A DNA stretch of 62,326 bases, counting the filler. It is 9 parts of 9 records of this genome, joined end to end, with 100 filler letters (N's around TTAATTAATTAA, not from the genome) between each part and the next. Parts side by side here need not be neighbours in the genome. Positions count along the whole stretch, not along the records: positions 1 to 16,721 come from SRR7504441_31; 8 more parts are not named here. The stretch is one strand, 5' to 3'. The notes under the pieces were generated by a model. The model made no database searches. It was not told where the DNA came from and saw only the letters and a program-made list of their open reading frames with translations. Below are positions 1-13,300 of the stretch, one piece after another (position 1 is the stretch's first letter; every line of letters starts with the position of its first letter). Both the position numbers and the translations under genes were made by a program.

Positions 1-140
1 AAATTAATGATACGAGTAGGCTTTGATGAGTCGATGAGTTTGATCCGTCGATCTATCTGTATACTTGATACTGGCAGTGGAGTGACGCCCGCTGTTCGTT
101 TCAGGTCAAAACTCCGAATGGTTGAGCAACCGTGTTTAGA

Positions 141-206
141 CTTAGGGTTAGGGTTAGGGTTACAGCCCCGGATTTTTTTTTTTGACCTGGTTCGTTAGGG
201 TTACAG
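141..206 (+). repeat. Interstitial telomere-like (TTAGGG)n upstream of methyltransferase gene
   Basis: cTTAGGGTTAGGGTTAGGGTTAcag at 141-165 and a second TTAGGGTTAcag at 195-206. Confidence 0.8.
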
Positions 207-226
207 AGGGAAGAGAGGAGTGGGCC

Positions 227-1042
227 ATGTGGCTGCGCGGGCTGGGTGGGGCAGCGGCAGCGCTGGCGGCAGGGACAGCGTACAACCTCACCCGCGAGCG
301 GCCATGGACTGTGAACAGTGCGCTCTCCCCGGAGGCGGTGCTAGCGACGGCGCGCTACCCGGAGGCGGGGTGGGTGGGGCCGGAGCCGATGACTCGAATC
401 AACAATGTGCCCGACCGCGAGTTTTACGGCACCCCGAGGATCGGGGTGCATCACCTGGACCCGAAGGCCAGGGCTGCGCTCGCCCGGTACTACGCGCAGC
501 TGCCGGTTTCCGAGCCGGCGGATGTGCTGGACCTCGGGTCTTCGTGGACAAGTCACATCGAGAGAGACCCGAGCCGGTTCAGGCGGGTGAGTGGGCTCGG
601 GATCAACCGGGCCGAGCTTGCGGCCAACACCGTGCTCGACGAGCTGGAAGAGGTGGATCTGAACGCGGAGAGCTTCGGTGGCCTGAGTTACGCCGCGGAC
701 AGCTTCGACCTGGTGCTGTGCTCGCTATCGGTCGGGTACCTGGTGCGGCCGGTGGAGGTGTTCAAGGAGATCAACCGGGTGCTCCGGCCGGGCGGGCTGG
801 CCGTGGTCAGCTTCGGCGATAGAATGTTTGTGGGGAAAGCAGTGAAAGCCTGGCGGCTGGCGGGGGAGAAGGATAAGCTGTGGATTGTTGGGTCGTACTT
901 TCACTACGCCGGGGGGTTCATGCCGGCCGAGGCCACCCAACTGGATACGGCTGGCGGGGATCCTGTCTACGTTGTCCAGGCGTTTAAAAAGGCTGGTGCT
1001 CGTTCCGAGGCTTTAGATACGGCGGCGTTCACGATTTCATGA
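227..1042 (+). CDS. Class I SAM-dependent methyltransferase (Methyltransf_11-like), intronless
   Basis: Motifs VLDLGSSWTSH, SFDLVLCSLSVGYL, EINRVLRPGG; first ATG at 227. Confidence 0.85.
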   Translation: MWLRGLGGAAAALAAGTAYNLTRERPWTVNSALSPEAVLATARYPEAGWVGPEPMTRINNVPDREFYGTPRIGVHHLDPKARAALARYYAQLPVSEPADVLDLGSSWTSHIERDPSRFRRVSGLGINRAELAANTVLDELEEVDLNAESFGGLSYAADSFDLVLCSLSVGYLVRPVEVFKEINRVLRPGGLAVVSFGDRMFVGKAVKAWRLAGEKDKLWIVGSYFHYAGGFMPAEATQLDTAGGDPVYVVQAFKKAGARSEALDTAAFTIS

Positions 1043-1358
1043 ACAACTATAAATTTTAATACACTTGACGGTGTCTGTGCGGTCGGCTGTTCAAGAGCAC
1101 GTGGGCCGGTCCCCGCCCTTGCTCTCATTCGCGCGGTCATGATCTCACGGGCACGCAGTGCTCGAGTGCTCGACCCAACGCCCCATGCATGTCAACAAGC
1201 TGTGGGTTTGTTTCACAAATTCTTCCGATCCTTATCTGGCGCAGTGCTGGCGGTGGTGTGCTCGCTGCGCAAGACCGGGCGCGGCGACTGCTGAGGCAGG
1301 CCACTCGGCGGTAGGGCCGGCCGAGCGGATCATCACGGGCGGGTCGGGATAGTCAAGC

Positions 1359-4300
1359 ATGGGCGGGGTACAGTCCGCCCCGGACTCGCGCTGGCTCGGG
1401 ACCTTCCTGCCTGCCCAGCTCTTCCTGGACGATAGGTTGCTCCTGCGCGAATCGGCCGGGCTTTCGTGCTCGTCGGCCTCCCAGCCAGCCATGTGCGCCC
1501 CCCACCCCCACCCCCTGGGCCTCGGCTTGCGCGGCTCACCTCTGTTTGCTCCAGAGCCCGGAAGGCGGCGCAGTGCGCGGCCCAGGCCTCCCGGTCGGCG
1601 GAGCTGTTCGCCTTAGTCCAGCAGCAGGGCGGCACCGACCAGGAGCGGAGCCAGCGGCACCGGGCTGCCACCACAGCCATCTTGGAGGCGCTCCGTGGGT
1701 GCGCGGAGGCCGAGGTGGGCTGCGTGGTGGATGAGGAGCGGCTGGTCCGGCGGCGCGCTGTGTTGCAGCGCGTGTACCGGATGTTCAGCTCGAGCGCCGC
1801 GCACGTCAGCGCCGAGCCGGGGGTGGTGAGCCGGCAGCCCAAGCCAAGCGCCCCGGTGAGTCAAGGCGATCTCTCTTACAGGGTGGCTGCCGCACCTGGG
1901 GTCGGCTGCTGACAGGTCGGGCAGGTGGCCATCCAGGCCGCGGTGCGGATCGTGATGGTCCTGATCCGGACGGTGAGCCGGACTGCGCCCGAGGTGCTCT
2001 GGGAGGTGTTTGCGATCTTGAATGACGTGCTGGTCACTATCCAGCCCCTGGTGCGCCAGCTGCTCGGCCGGCCTCCAGCGTGTGTCGCAGGCGCTCTGCA
2101 AGCAGGACCGGGAGGACGGCTCGGTGCAGGCGCTCCGGAGCTCGATCGACGCAATCTGCGGGTTCTTGATCCGAATTGCGGCCGACGAGGTGAGGCTGGT
2201 GCGTGGGGGAGCCAACGAGAGTGCAGGCGGATCAGCCAGTGGGTCCAACCGAGCGGCTGTGCGCTTGTGGGCTGCTTGTAGGGCTCGGGTTGGTGTGCGG
2301 TGCGGCGGGAGATCGGCCATCGGGTTAACGGCTGGGCAGGCTGCACGGAACATTTGGTGATGGTGTCAGCACAACTGGCCCAAATAGGGCTGAAACTGCC
2401 AGGGTGCGCTCGCCTGGAGGCGACAGGCAAGCCAGGGGGCAGTTGGGGCGGGGCTAAAGCGGGCGAGATGGCCTGCCAGTACCTGGTGCCGCACCTGGAG
2501 ACCCTGAACCAATTAGAGATTCTAGCCATGCTGCCCAGCCTCCAGACGTCCGACAACGAAGGCGCCTGGAAGGAACCTCAAGGTGCACTCAGGCAGGCCG
2601 CGGGGTGACAATCGCTGCCAGAACCGGCAGCCCGGTGGGGTTCGAATATTGTGACCATGTTTGATAGCGCAGAATTCTATGGCTTCAGCACGGTCAGGTG
2701 CGCCCGCACAGTGTGTACCGGGTGGGAGCCTGGGTCGCAGGATCTCCGGGGCCCCCGTGAATGGGATCGGCCGAGCATTTTACGAGGCCACGCTGCTCAG
2801 TTCAGGCTGCATGCAGATCGGCTGGGTCGAGGCCGAATTCAGCCCAACAGTCACTGTGAGTTGAGCTGGGGTGAGGTCTAACCCGTGGGTGACAGGTGGG
2901 TGTGGGGGATAACAAGCTCGGGTACTCAGCTGACGGCAACAGGTCGCTCAAGTGGAACCAGGGCTCTCAGCCGTACGGGAACGGCTGGCGGTGGCGGAAG
3001 GGCGATGTGCTGGGATGCCTGCTGGACTTGGATCAGAGAAGCATCTCGTTCGTGCATAATGGCACTGAGCTTGGGACTGCCTTCTCGGAAGTGCCGGTCG
3101 AGCAGGGGCTGATGCCGGCGGCCTCATTCATGCACGGGCAAGGGTGCGTGTTCAACCTCGGGGACAGTGCTTTCAAGCACCCGCCCTCGATGGCGCATCG
3201 GTCTGTGCTAGAGATGCTCGCGGACCCCAAGCAGGCCAAGATGCGGCATGATCTGCCCACGCTGCCCCAGCCAATGCCTGAGAGCTGCGCTTCCGCGGCT
3301 GGGTTCATTTTGGCCCATATAGACCGGCTAATCAACAGGCAGCAAGACTTTGAGCCCAACAGCCCAGGTGGGCTGTGCTCATCGCCTCCCCATTGAGCAA
3401 CTGTTTGGCAGGCGAAGAGCCGTTCAGGGCTTGCATCTCCCCGCGCACCCTGCGGTCGCTCCTGACTATAGTGCAGCTTCCTGACTCGGTGTTGAGCTGC
3501 TCGTCTTTGGAGTCTACTTTGAGCATATTGCAGCAGCATCTGGAGCTCGCAGTCAGCTCTGGTGATCCCCCAGCCTTTCTGTCATGCTGATCTGACGTGC
3601 AGGCGAGGTAGAGCGGGAAGAGGCGGGGCTCACAACAGGCAGCAAGGGTCTGCTTGAGCCGCTGAGGAAGCATCTGTTTGACCTTGTGCTCAATGAGCTC
3701 GAGTCGAGCTCAGCACTGACACTGGAAGCCTCAAAGACGTTGGTTGCAGGCTTCTCGCTGTTCTATCCAACAGTGCTTGAGCAGGCCAACTTCTTGATCG
3801 GGATGCTCCAGCGGCGGCTGCAGCTGCTCACTGAAGCAGGTTCATCCGAGCCATTGGAGCCGATGGAGAACAAGCTGTTGACTATGCTGCTCAAGCAGTT
3901 CGTCGACCACACAGGCAACATCACTGCTCTGCTTCAGGAGGCTGGCACCGAGCTGTGCTCGATTATGTCTGTGCTGCTGGAACTGGTTCTGGCGGAGGAG
4001 GATGCCATGAGAAAGCAAACTACCCCTCCCCCCGAGCCTCAGGCTCTTCGGCTGCTGGAGGCGATTCAACTGAGGCTCACTTACCACGCGAGCTGTCACA
4101 GCTGCTTTGAACCCGGTGACTCGATTGGCACTGCGCTTCTGCAGCACACTGTGTCTGCACTCACGTGCTCTGCCACATTGGTCACTGCTGCTACCAGTGT
4201 AGACGAGCTGAGATCCCGACCAATGCTGACTGGATTGGTGCCAATGCTGATTACAACACTCTGCACAGTGGATCTGAGGCCAGAACTGGCAGCTGAGCTG

Positions 4301-7300
4301 GCAGTGCCAACCATGCTCTTCCTCAAGGCGCTTGTGCAGCATGCACCTGCGTCTGAGAACCCTCTGATGGCACTCAGGACTGCATTTGACCGCTGTGTCT
4401 GTGTCGGGGACGGCGATCAGGTGATGGCCGAAGATCTGGTGGCAGAGGTGATGAATGACAGCCGGACTATGCAGTTCTTGGAAACACATCTGCTGATTGA
4501 GGAGCGTGAGCGGCTTCTGGCCGAGTTGCTGATGCGATCCACCGTCTCATTCAATGATTATGTGGAGATTTTCCGTTCTTGCTCGGTCTATGGGCAGCAA
4601 CAGCCAAGGATCGACGATGAGGCTCTGCCACTGCCAATCCCAGAGGAGTCGGTCTGTGTCGAGTTCGATGAAATAGTGCAGATGCCACACGACGCTGGCC
4701 AGACAGCTGAATGGAAGCACGATGTGCACAGAGAGGGCGCACAGCAGTTCCGGATTGTCGTCGATACTCCACCAGAAAAGGTAAACCCAAGCAGTCACCT
4801 GCAGTTTTTCCATAGTGACCTGTCACCTGCCACTGAGAGATTCACCATGCACAACTGGCCCGAGGAGCCGATCACAATCGAGTCTGCAGGCAACATCAGG
4901 ATAGAGTTTTGCTCAAGTGATAGACCGGCGGCTGAGTTCAAGTGCTTTGTAACAGTGGTGTGCAAATCAAACCTGAAGCCAATTAGCTGGGTGGATGACT
5001 TGATCTCCATGGCCACAGCATTAGGATCTCACCTGATGACCACACTCTTCGACTTTCCAACAACTTGCTCTGAAGAGCTCGCTGCCCAGATCAACAATGA
5101 GCTGCTATCTGGAGGGATTGATGTCGAGGCTCTCGAGTGCCCTCCTCCGGAGCTGAGTATTGCAATCAAGCGAATGAAGGGATTGGGTGAGTTATATGGG
5201 GATGGGCAGCTCGACCCACCCGAGCAGCAGGGCAGTTTCCTGGGGGCACCAGCGATTGAGGTTACGGATCGCCACCCTAGGAGAGCCTCGATCGTTGAGC
5301 AAGCTAACTTCTTGCAGCAGCTGGTGCAGGGGGTGGGCCCTGCCGCAGAGATGGACTCGAGGGCTCGCACCACTAGTGAAAACCCAAGTGTAAGGAACTT
5401 GGAGAAACTGCATCGAATGCTGGTCGCGATACTGCTTCACCACAGCAGCTTGACGCAGGATGCACTGATTGTGTCGGCAGCATCACCTGGGCAGCTCCCC
5501 CCTAGCCTGAAGAGTGTCTGGCAAAGAGCGGCCACCCTTAGGGTGCGGATGGCAGCACAGCGACAGCACATTCTTGCTGCCGAAGGCGACCAAGCTGCTG
5601 ACATCTGGCTGATTGAGATACTTGAGAGAGGACAGCTGCTATTGAAGAGCATGCCCATCGCACACAAGCTCCCAGCTACTCCGAGGTCATCGCCACCACC
5701 TTCGCCTCCTCTGTCCCCTGAGCCACTGCCGTCTCCAAGATGGCGTATCCGCCTTCGTGAGGCAGTCGAGACCACTCGACAGCTGAATCAGCTCTTGGAT
5801 GTACCACCTGCAGTCCACCAGAGCAGGCTGTCCCAGATTGCCGAAATGATCCGAACTTTCCTCACAGTACCAACAAGCTGCGCGGAGACAAAGCACGAGC
5901 TAGCCAGCCGTTGGCGGCGAGGGCTATGCCGCACTCTTGGACTCCAGACCATGACGATGCTGCTAAGCATCGCTGGAGGCGGCTCACAGAGCCCAGTACA
6001 GAAAGCTGGCTATGCCCGTGTGCTGATTGGCTTCGCACGAGCATTCATGGGCCGGCATTTCTTGGACGGGATAGAAGGATGCCAGCACAGCTTGCAGCAA
6101 GAGGTGGCAGAGGTGTTCTTCCAAGTGTACGAGTCCCTGCTGGTGCGCGCTTCGATGAGGGAAGCTGACCCAGCTGTGAGTGCACATCCAGAGATCGGGA
6201 CAGCAGTGCAAGTAGCACTGTACTCTACATTACTGATCGACTTCAAGCGGGCAGACCATGATGCCTTGGTCAGCTGCGGGATGGTGCCGGCCCTGAGGCA
6301 GTTGCTTCTACGCTGGCGCAGGTACTGTGGCCGTTCATATAACAATCTAGAAAGCTTGGACCGGTCCCAGGAGAAACTTGGGTTGATGCGAAAGCACGGC
6401 GAGAAAGTAGAATCTGCTGGCTGGCTCTGCGTCAAGGCACTACTGTACATTGCATGTGGAGGCAACCATGAAGGGAAGAAGGTGTTTGATGAGCAGGAGG
6501 TAAGCGAGCTGCAGCAGCTGCTGTTTGGGACAGTGCTCGAGGAGCTCGAGTCTGTCGAAGGCCACCTCCGCCGCAATCGCGTGGACAGCTCGCTGATGGT
6601 CAGCGGCCGGGCAGATGACAGCGAACGTGAGTTGGCGGGTGGCGAGGCTGGAATGCAGTTGCCTTCAATGCCAGTATTTGATGCGACTGAAAAGTCGCCT
6701 GGGATGGCCGTTTGTGATGGTGGGATAAAGATCCGGTCTACGATGGGCGGCAAGCAGCATGTTCTGATCAATGCTGGGTTTTCCAGTGGTCAGGCCTCAT
6801 GGGAGCTACGGATTGATGACGACATACACGGCGATGAGTGTGTCTGCATCGGAATTTCAGTCAAACCTGTCTCGTCGTCGAGCTATGACAGTGAGTGCAT
6901 GTGGATGTATCGAGCATACTCTGGTGAACTGTACAATCGTGGAGTCCCATCAGGCTCGTTCGACAAGTTTCACGCAGGCGATGTGGTATCAGTTCATTTG
7001 GACATGGACGAGGGCACAATTGCATACGCTATAAATGGCAAGGCTCAAGGGATAGCATGTCGCCAGCTCACCAGCCGCGATCTGAACGGGAAGGAGGTGT
7101 TTCCTTGTGTGATCACCTACCAGCATAGCCGCTCAGTCACACTGCTGTCTTTCCATGGATCTTCACTCTCATATAACTCCACAGGCTCAAATGCTCGCTG
7201 GCGCTTGCCATTGCGAGACTTGTGTGGAGCGTGGGCCCCTGCTAGTCAGCTGCGTGGGCACGATTCCGACACAATCGATGTGGAGAAGGAACTTGTGCGT

Positions 7301-10300
7301 CTGCAGGCTGCCGGTGCCGATGTCAGGCAGTTGCGAGCATTCTTTGATCTGTGTGACACCGATCGTGATGGGATAATTGCTGAGAGCGACCTGATGCAGC
7401 ACGGAGGATTCTTGCTGCGACACTACAACTCAGACGCAGAAGGCGAATGCTGGTGCTTTGCCCCCTCAACAGCCACCCAGGCTGCGGCTGCACAATTCAT
7501 CCAGGCCCATGATACGAACCTCGATGGTGTTGTGGACTTCTATGAGCTAACCCGTAAGATGTTGTCAAGGCAGCCTAGTATGGATCCTTCGGCTCTGGCA
7601 CTACTGCCGAGAAACATCGGCGACGCATGGTTGCAAAAAGCCAAGCAGCAGCAGTCAGAGGGCTCTGGCGCGCGGGGCGGAGCAGCAGCTATGTGTGCTG
7701 GGCTGCTGCTGTTGCTCTATCGCAGTTCCACATCCGGAAGAGAGGCACTGGCCTCGCAGCAAGTTGTCGACCTCCTGGTGAAATGTCTCGATGTAGCCTC
7801 CGCAGCAGCCCAGACGTTGGCACTGCGTCTGCTTCATCTCCTCATCCCTGATCTGCCTGATTACAACTGGACTTTGCTGATGAAGAACCTGATGACACAC
7901 ATCGGTAGTGCTGCATACAACAATACTGTGGCCCACCTCTCGGGCAAGTCAGTAAGTACAGGGCGGCTCACAGTGAATGGAGTGGTAGTCCATGAGGCGA
8001 TTGGCCTAATCCGAACGCTGCTCTCCTCGTCCCACCATGGAGCTTCGATTGGAGAACAGCTCGTGGCACAACTCTCAGTCAGCCAGTCATACTTCAAGCC
8101 TGGATCAGAGCAAGAGATGGCTGCGCTGCTCGGAGTGCTCAGTATCCTGGGCGGCTCGATGCCACAGGTGCACGATCTCTCAAAGATTGTGCTCCGAACA
8201 GGAGAAGTAGTAGAGCTGGTGCAGCTGGATACAGACTCATCACTGGTGCTTACTGGTGACAAGCTCAAACAGGTGGCCACAGCCAACCTTCTTAGACCCT
8301 GCGAGGATGGGCTTGTGGGCTCTGGTGGCTTGCGCCGATCGCTTGACCCTTCAGTAATGCAGCAACTGTTCGAGCGGATGCTCCACCTGCTTCGCATGCC
8401 TTTGCCTCAATCAACTAGTGCTCAGATGCAATGCTCTCATGTGTGGATGCAGCTCTTCCGCTCACTATCTCTGCTGCTTCAGGACCAGGTGCTGCTGCGT
8501 AGTTTCGTATCCACGCCTGGTGCTACAAAAACTCTCTTTACCATCACAAGCGAAGCGCACCAAGAAGCTTACAACCAGAATGATCCATTTGTGCCGACTT
8601 CTGCGTTGGAGAGCAACTTGCTGCTGCTACGGTCTGCGTTATCGCAGCGGCGACCCTCTCGACCTCAACAGCAGGCTCAATTTAACTGCACTGTGAAGCA
8701 ACTAGAGCAAGTCGAAATACTCGAATCGATGGGGTTCAATCGCTCAAGGGCAATTGCAGCAATGGAAGCTGTGGAATATAGCAGCATAGAGGCTGCAGTG
8801 TCGTGGTTGGATCTCCATATGCACGACGAGCTCGACGAAAGCCCGCCAACTTCTCCTGTGGAGGAGCCATGGCAGCTCGAACATGAAGAGCCCACCGTAA
8901 TATTCGACCTGAGGCTCGAGGACAAGCTGGAGCAGGCATCCCTGCTAAAGAAGCACCCCCACATGATTCTGAAGGGAGACATGACCGTTCATTCACAAAA
9001 TGGCCTTCACCTCTCCATGACTCGCCCTGGGATGTGCTCCCTACACTTTGCTCCTGCAGTGCGAGCCAGCTCTGGTGACTGCCAGGCAGTCACATTGCTT
9101 GTGGAGTTCGCCTGGTTCCCAGTCGCAGCTTCGACTGATCAGCCAACCGAGGAATCTACCGCCTGTGGCGTTGTGTTGGGTGACTATGTGGTGTGCTTCT
9201 CCCCTGGGGCTGCAGCGCCGCTGGGGGAGACCCTCTATATCGATGGTCCAGGGGGCAAGTCCATGGATGTGGGCAAAGTTCCTCAGGTGGGGATGTATCA
9301 CACCCTGGTAGTGGTGGTAAGGCGGAAAGGCCAGCTAGAAGCTAGTCTATTGGTCGCTGGTTCCAGCTCAAAAGAAGCAGTCACTAGATTAGGTTGCAAG
9401 ACTGACTCGAGCCTCTTCGATGGCCTGCACCTGGAAGCCCCCGCCGTGTGCCTGAGAGGCGAGCGTGCAGGTATCTTAGTGCCTTGCCTATCTGCTGACA
9501 GTGTGGCCAGGTCGCTTGCATGTACATCGTGCCTGCATAGTGGAAGGCATTTGGGGCGACTTCCCGAAACCAGATACTAGTGTTGCAGCAGCCCGCTGCG
9601 ACCCCGACACTCTGGCACTATGGCAATTCACTCGCTCTACTGATAAAGAGAAGGCCAAGACGCTGGAAGATCTGTCAGGGAATGGCCTTGATGGCGAAAT
9701 GGTGGGACAGTGGGCCGAGTGCGAGGGCGGACTGCTGCGGCCTTCCACCCTGGGCTCCCGATTCGTCACATCCTGGAAGCCTCGCAAGGGAATATGCGAG
9801 ATGTCTGTTGAAGCCTGGGTCAAACTCGAGGGTTCGGCGCTCGAGTCAGCGTCTCTGTGCTCTCTCACCTCGCTGAATGCCAGCTGGGACCTGCGAGTTG
9901 GTTGTCGGGGTGTAGAATTTGTGCTGGAGGTGCACGGAGAACCAATGCATGTAGCCACAAACTACGACAAGCCTATAGAGCCCGATCGGTGGTATCATGT
10001 GGCTGGGACAGTTACTCGGGATGGCGGGGTGACAGCTTACTTGAATGGGGTAGGAGCTGCGCAAGTAATGCTTCTCCAGCCCGAAAGCCTAGATTCGTGG
10101 CTCTGCCAGAGAGATGCTGAGGTCGAAGTCATGCGTATCTCGCCTCCTCTGTCGACTGAGGTCGACGACCAAGGTCTTATCCACTCATGTATCCCTATAA
10201 TCCCTAGTTGCAATACCTTGATCCATGGTTGATGACTCATTGGCTGGTACCAGATGAGGCGGAGCAGCCGCTGTTGCTTACTGTCGAAGCGCTGAGGATC

Positions 10301-13300
10301 TCGAGCTGCATCAGATCATTGGGGGCACAGCTCCAGCGACAAGAGCACCCTGAAGAGCCTGCAGCTCACGGTTCTGCTCCAGAGTTACCCCTGGACAGCT
10401 TGTTCTTGTCTGTATTTGGGGCCGATCTACCCGAAAACAAGCAGAGCCTTTCACAGGGAATTAGCTGGCTGCTCGAAAGCCCTGACATCACACGGTGAGC
10501 CACTGTGTGCTGCAGCTCTGAGTGCTTGACTGACAGGGGTTCATTGAAGCAGCTGTTTCATCTGTGCCAGACGCCAGACGTGGACCCTGTGAAAGGAGTT
10601 AGTCGGAGCAAGACATACGGACTGTCTGACAGTGTCAAGCCTCCCAAGTCGCTGGGCACCTGCCAAGCTAGTCGAACAGGCTTCCTTGAGGTATGCTGGG
10701 CTGAGTATAGGCAGATTGCATTGAGAGCTGGCTGGCAGGTGAGCAACGTGGAGACTCTGACAGTGGTGCAGCTTCGGAAGGCAGTCTTATCAACGCAGCG
10801 CAAGCTGCTGTCCAAGTTTGTGCTCGAGTCTGCAGTAAAGGTCTTGCTCGGATGGCCCTCGGCAGAGTCTCTTGATGTAGCCAACCACATTGGCGGCGCC
10901 CAAAACTTGAGTCATTTCCTTCGGCTAGCTGTGGTGCGCTGCAACGAGTTCTCGGAAGCGCTGCCACAGATGCAGACCAAGCTGCGGACGTTGAGCGGCA
11001 ACTTTGCCGATCTTAGACGTGAACTGGTGGCTGAATGCATATGGCACCTGGTGGGCTCGATTCAGTGTGGCTCAGCCTCAGGAATCTGCTCGAATGTGAT
11101 ACTAATAGAGAGCGAGCACCCTTACGAGAATAACACGGATTTACACCGCCGGATCCACCTACCCGGTGCAGTGGCACTGAAGATCCACTTTGACCTTCAG
11201 AGCAAGACAGAGCCCAACTATGACTGGCTAACTTTCTATGCTGATGCAGAGCGGCACCATCTGCTACACAAGTTTACTGGCAGATCGTTCAATGATGTGG
11301 TGATTCCAGGCGATTGCTTCTACATGCACTTCCATTCGGATGGCTCCAACACCGAATGGGGCTACAAGTTCACTGTGACTGCGGACGGGATTGACCAATC
11401 TGTCAACCCTGCGGATGCTAGCGCCTTCTCTTCCCCTTCGCCAGCTGTGGCTGTGTATTTGCTCGAGCTGCTGTTTCACCCAGATACAGTGCCTCATCCC
11501 AGTTTACTCCAGCATCAGGAGCTCTGGCGAGCATCGCTCGCTTTTGTGCACGTGGCCACTAATGTATGGAAGAAGAAGGTCCTTTGGCTGCTTAACGTGA
11601 TGCTACGCGAAGCAGCGGAGTTGCAAAGACGGAATGCTCCCGACCCAGAGGATTTCCAAGCTCCTGTGATAAGGATTCCATGGGGCGAGATTCTCGATGG
11701 CGCCTTGCAGATGCTTGCAAACGAGCGGCAAAAATGCGGAGAAGTCGAGTCTGATGGCTTGATTGACCTGGTCCTGCAAGCGATGCACAAATGCGGTGAC
11801 CATGACGCATTTTCGGACCGCGAGCTGCATTGGATCAAGCCTCTCTTTGAGACAGTGTCGGCGATGCACTCTATTCGCACGCACCGAGGGGTGCCCGAGT
11901 GGTTACTGGCCGAGGTATGGGCAGAGTACATCGACCTGCAGTTTGAGGCGTCGCGAGGTGTCACAGTAAGCAGCGGGGGGTCAAAGGTGTGCTCAAGCGC
12001 TCATGGTACTCATATTGTGCATGGACACACGCCGGTGCGAAGCGGGACGAAGCTCTGGACATTTGAGGTGGAGCAGTCTAGGGAGATAAGGCGTGCAAGC
12101 GGTAAGGTGTGCATTGGAGTGACTACCAAGCAATGGTGGACAGCACGCGAGCAGCAATGGCTGCTTGATGTCTCCAAGGCAATTGTGCTGGATAAGAATG
12201 GGATCGTGTTATGTTTAATCGATGGCGTAGAGACCGGTGGACTATCCTCAGACCCTATTAAGGTCGAGATAGAAATCGATGTCGAGGCTGATAGCATCCG
12301 GTTCTCTATGGACGGCCATTCTTCTACTATCAGTGGCCTTGGTCTCGCCAGTAGCGGGTCCCTTTACCCTGTTGTGCAGCTGCATGGGCGACACCAGGTA
12401 GCAACTATGGAGCCTCCGGAGCTGACGGCACAGAGCTCGTTCCTAGGGCTTTGCGAAATGGTTGTCGAGAGTCCGCACCCCTGCCAGCCCGACTCCATAC
12501 CAGTCCAGGAAGTCTTCATCGACGGCGCCTCTGCGCTGCAAGCCTCGTTCGATGCCAGGTCAGTGTGTCGCCCGGGTGAGTTGGTAACAGTCTCAACTGA
12601 CAAGGAGGGCCGCCGAGTCTACCGGGACATACACAAGGGCCTGCAGAGGCTTTTCTTCTGGGAGCAATCGCGGATGGGACCGGATGTGCAGATCTCTAAC
12701 CAGGGGCTCACCGCCACACGGTTGGACGACCAGAGTCCAGACTGGGGGGTGCAGCTGGTGGATGCCAAGCTGACACGCGGAGTCCACCAGATTGATATTC
12801 TGGTGGAAGCTCAGGGCAACGAGGATTATACATACATTGGGGTTGTTCAGCCGCAGTGGAACCTCACTACACACATGTGTGCTACTGGAGCATGGTCCAT
12901 GCGGTAGCTGCCTCAGTCATGGCTGCAATTCTAAGCATGTCTGTTTGCAGGCGCACAGGGAAGGTCTCCAAGGACGGCCGGGAGATCCTTGAAAACTCGT
13001 CGACACGCGAGTTCCACACTGGCGATGTGCTTACCATGGTGATAGACATGGACACCAACCCACGCACGCTAGTGTTCCACATAAATGGGCGACAAGTGGC
13101 GATGGTGGACGATCTACCTGGTTGTGTTTGCCCAGCAGCTTGCTTCGGAAGCCGAGGGACTGTGTTGACTTTGCAGAATTCAACCAATCGATGTGCTGGA
13201 GTGCCAAGCTGTCACTCGCTCGCCACCAGAAAGCTCACTCTGCGAGGCGAGAGGCTATATGTGCGAGGGCCATCGGCGAGCCTCTCAGGATGGGATGCAT

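Noticed and set aside
1613-2556. Many long antisense or alternate-frame ORFs in the ORF track
   Set aside because: Shadow ORFs expected at high GC, overlapping better-supported spliced genes.
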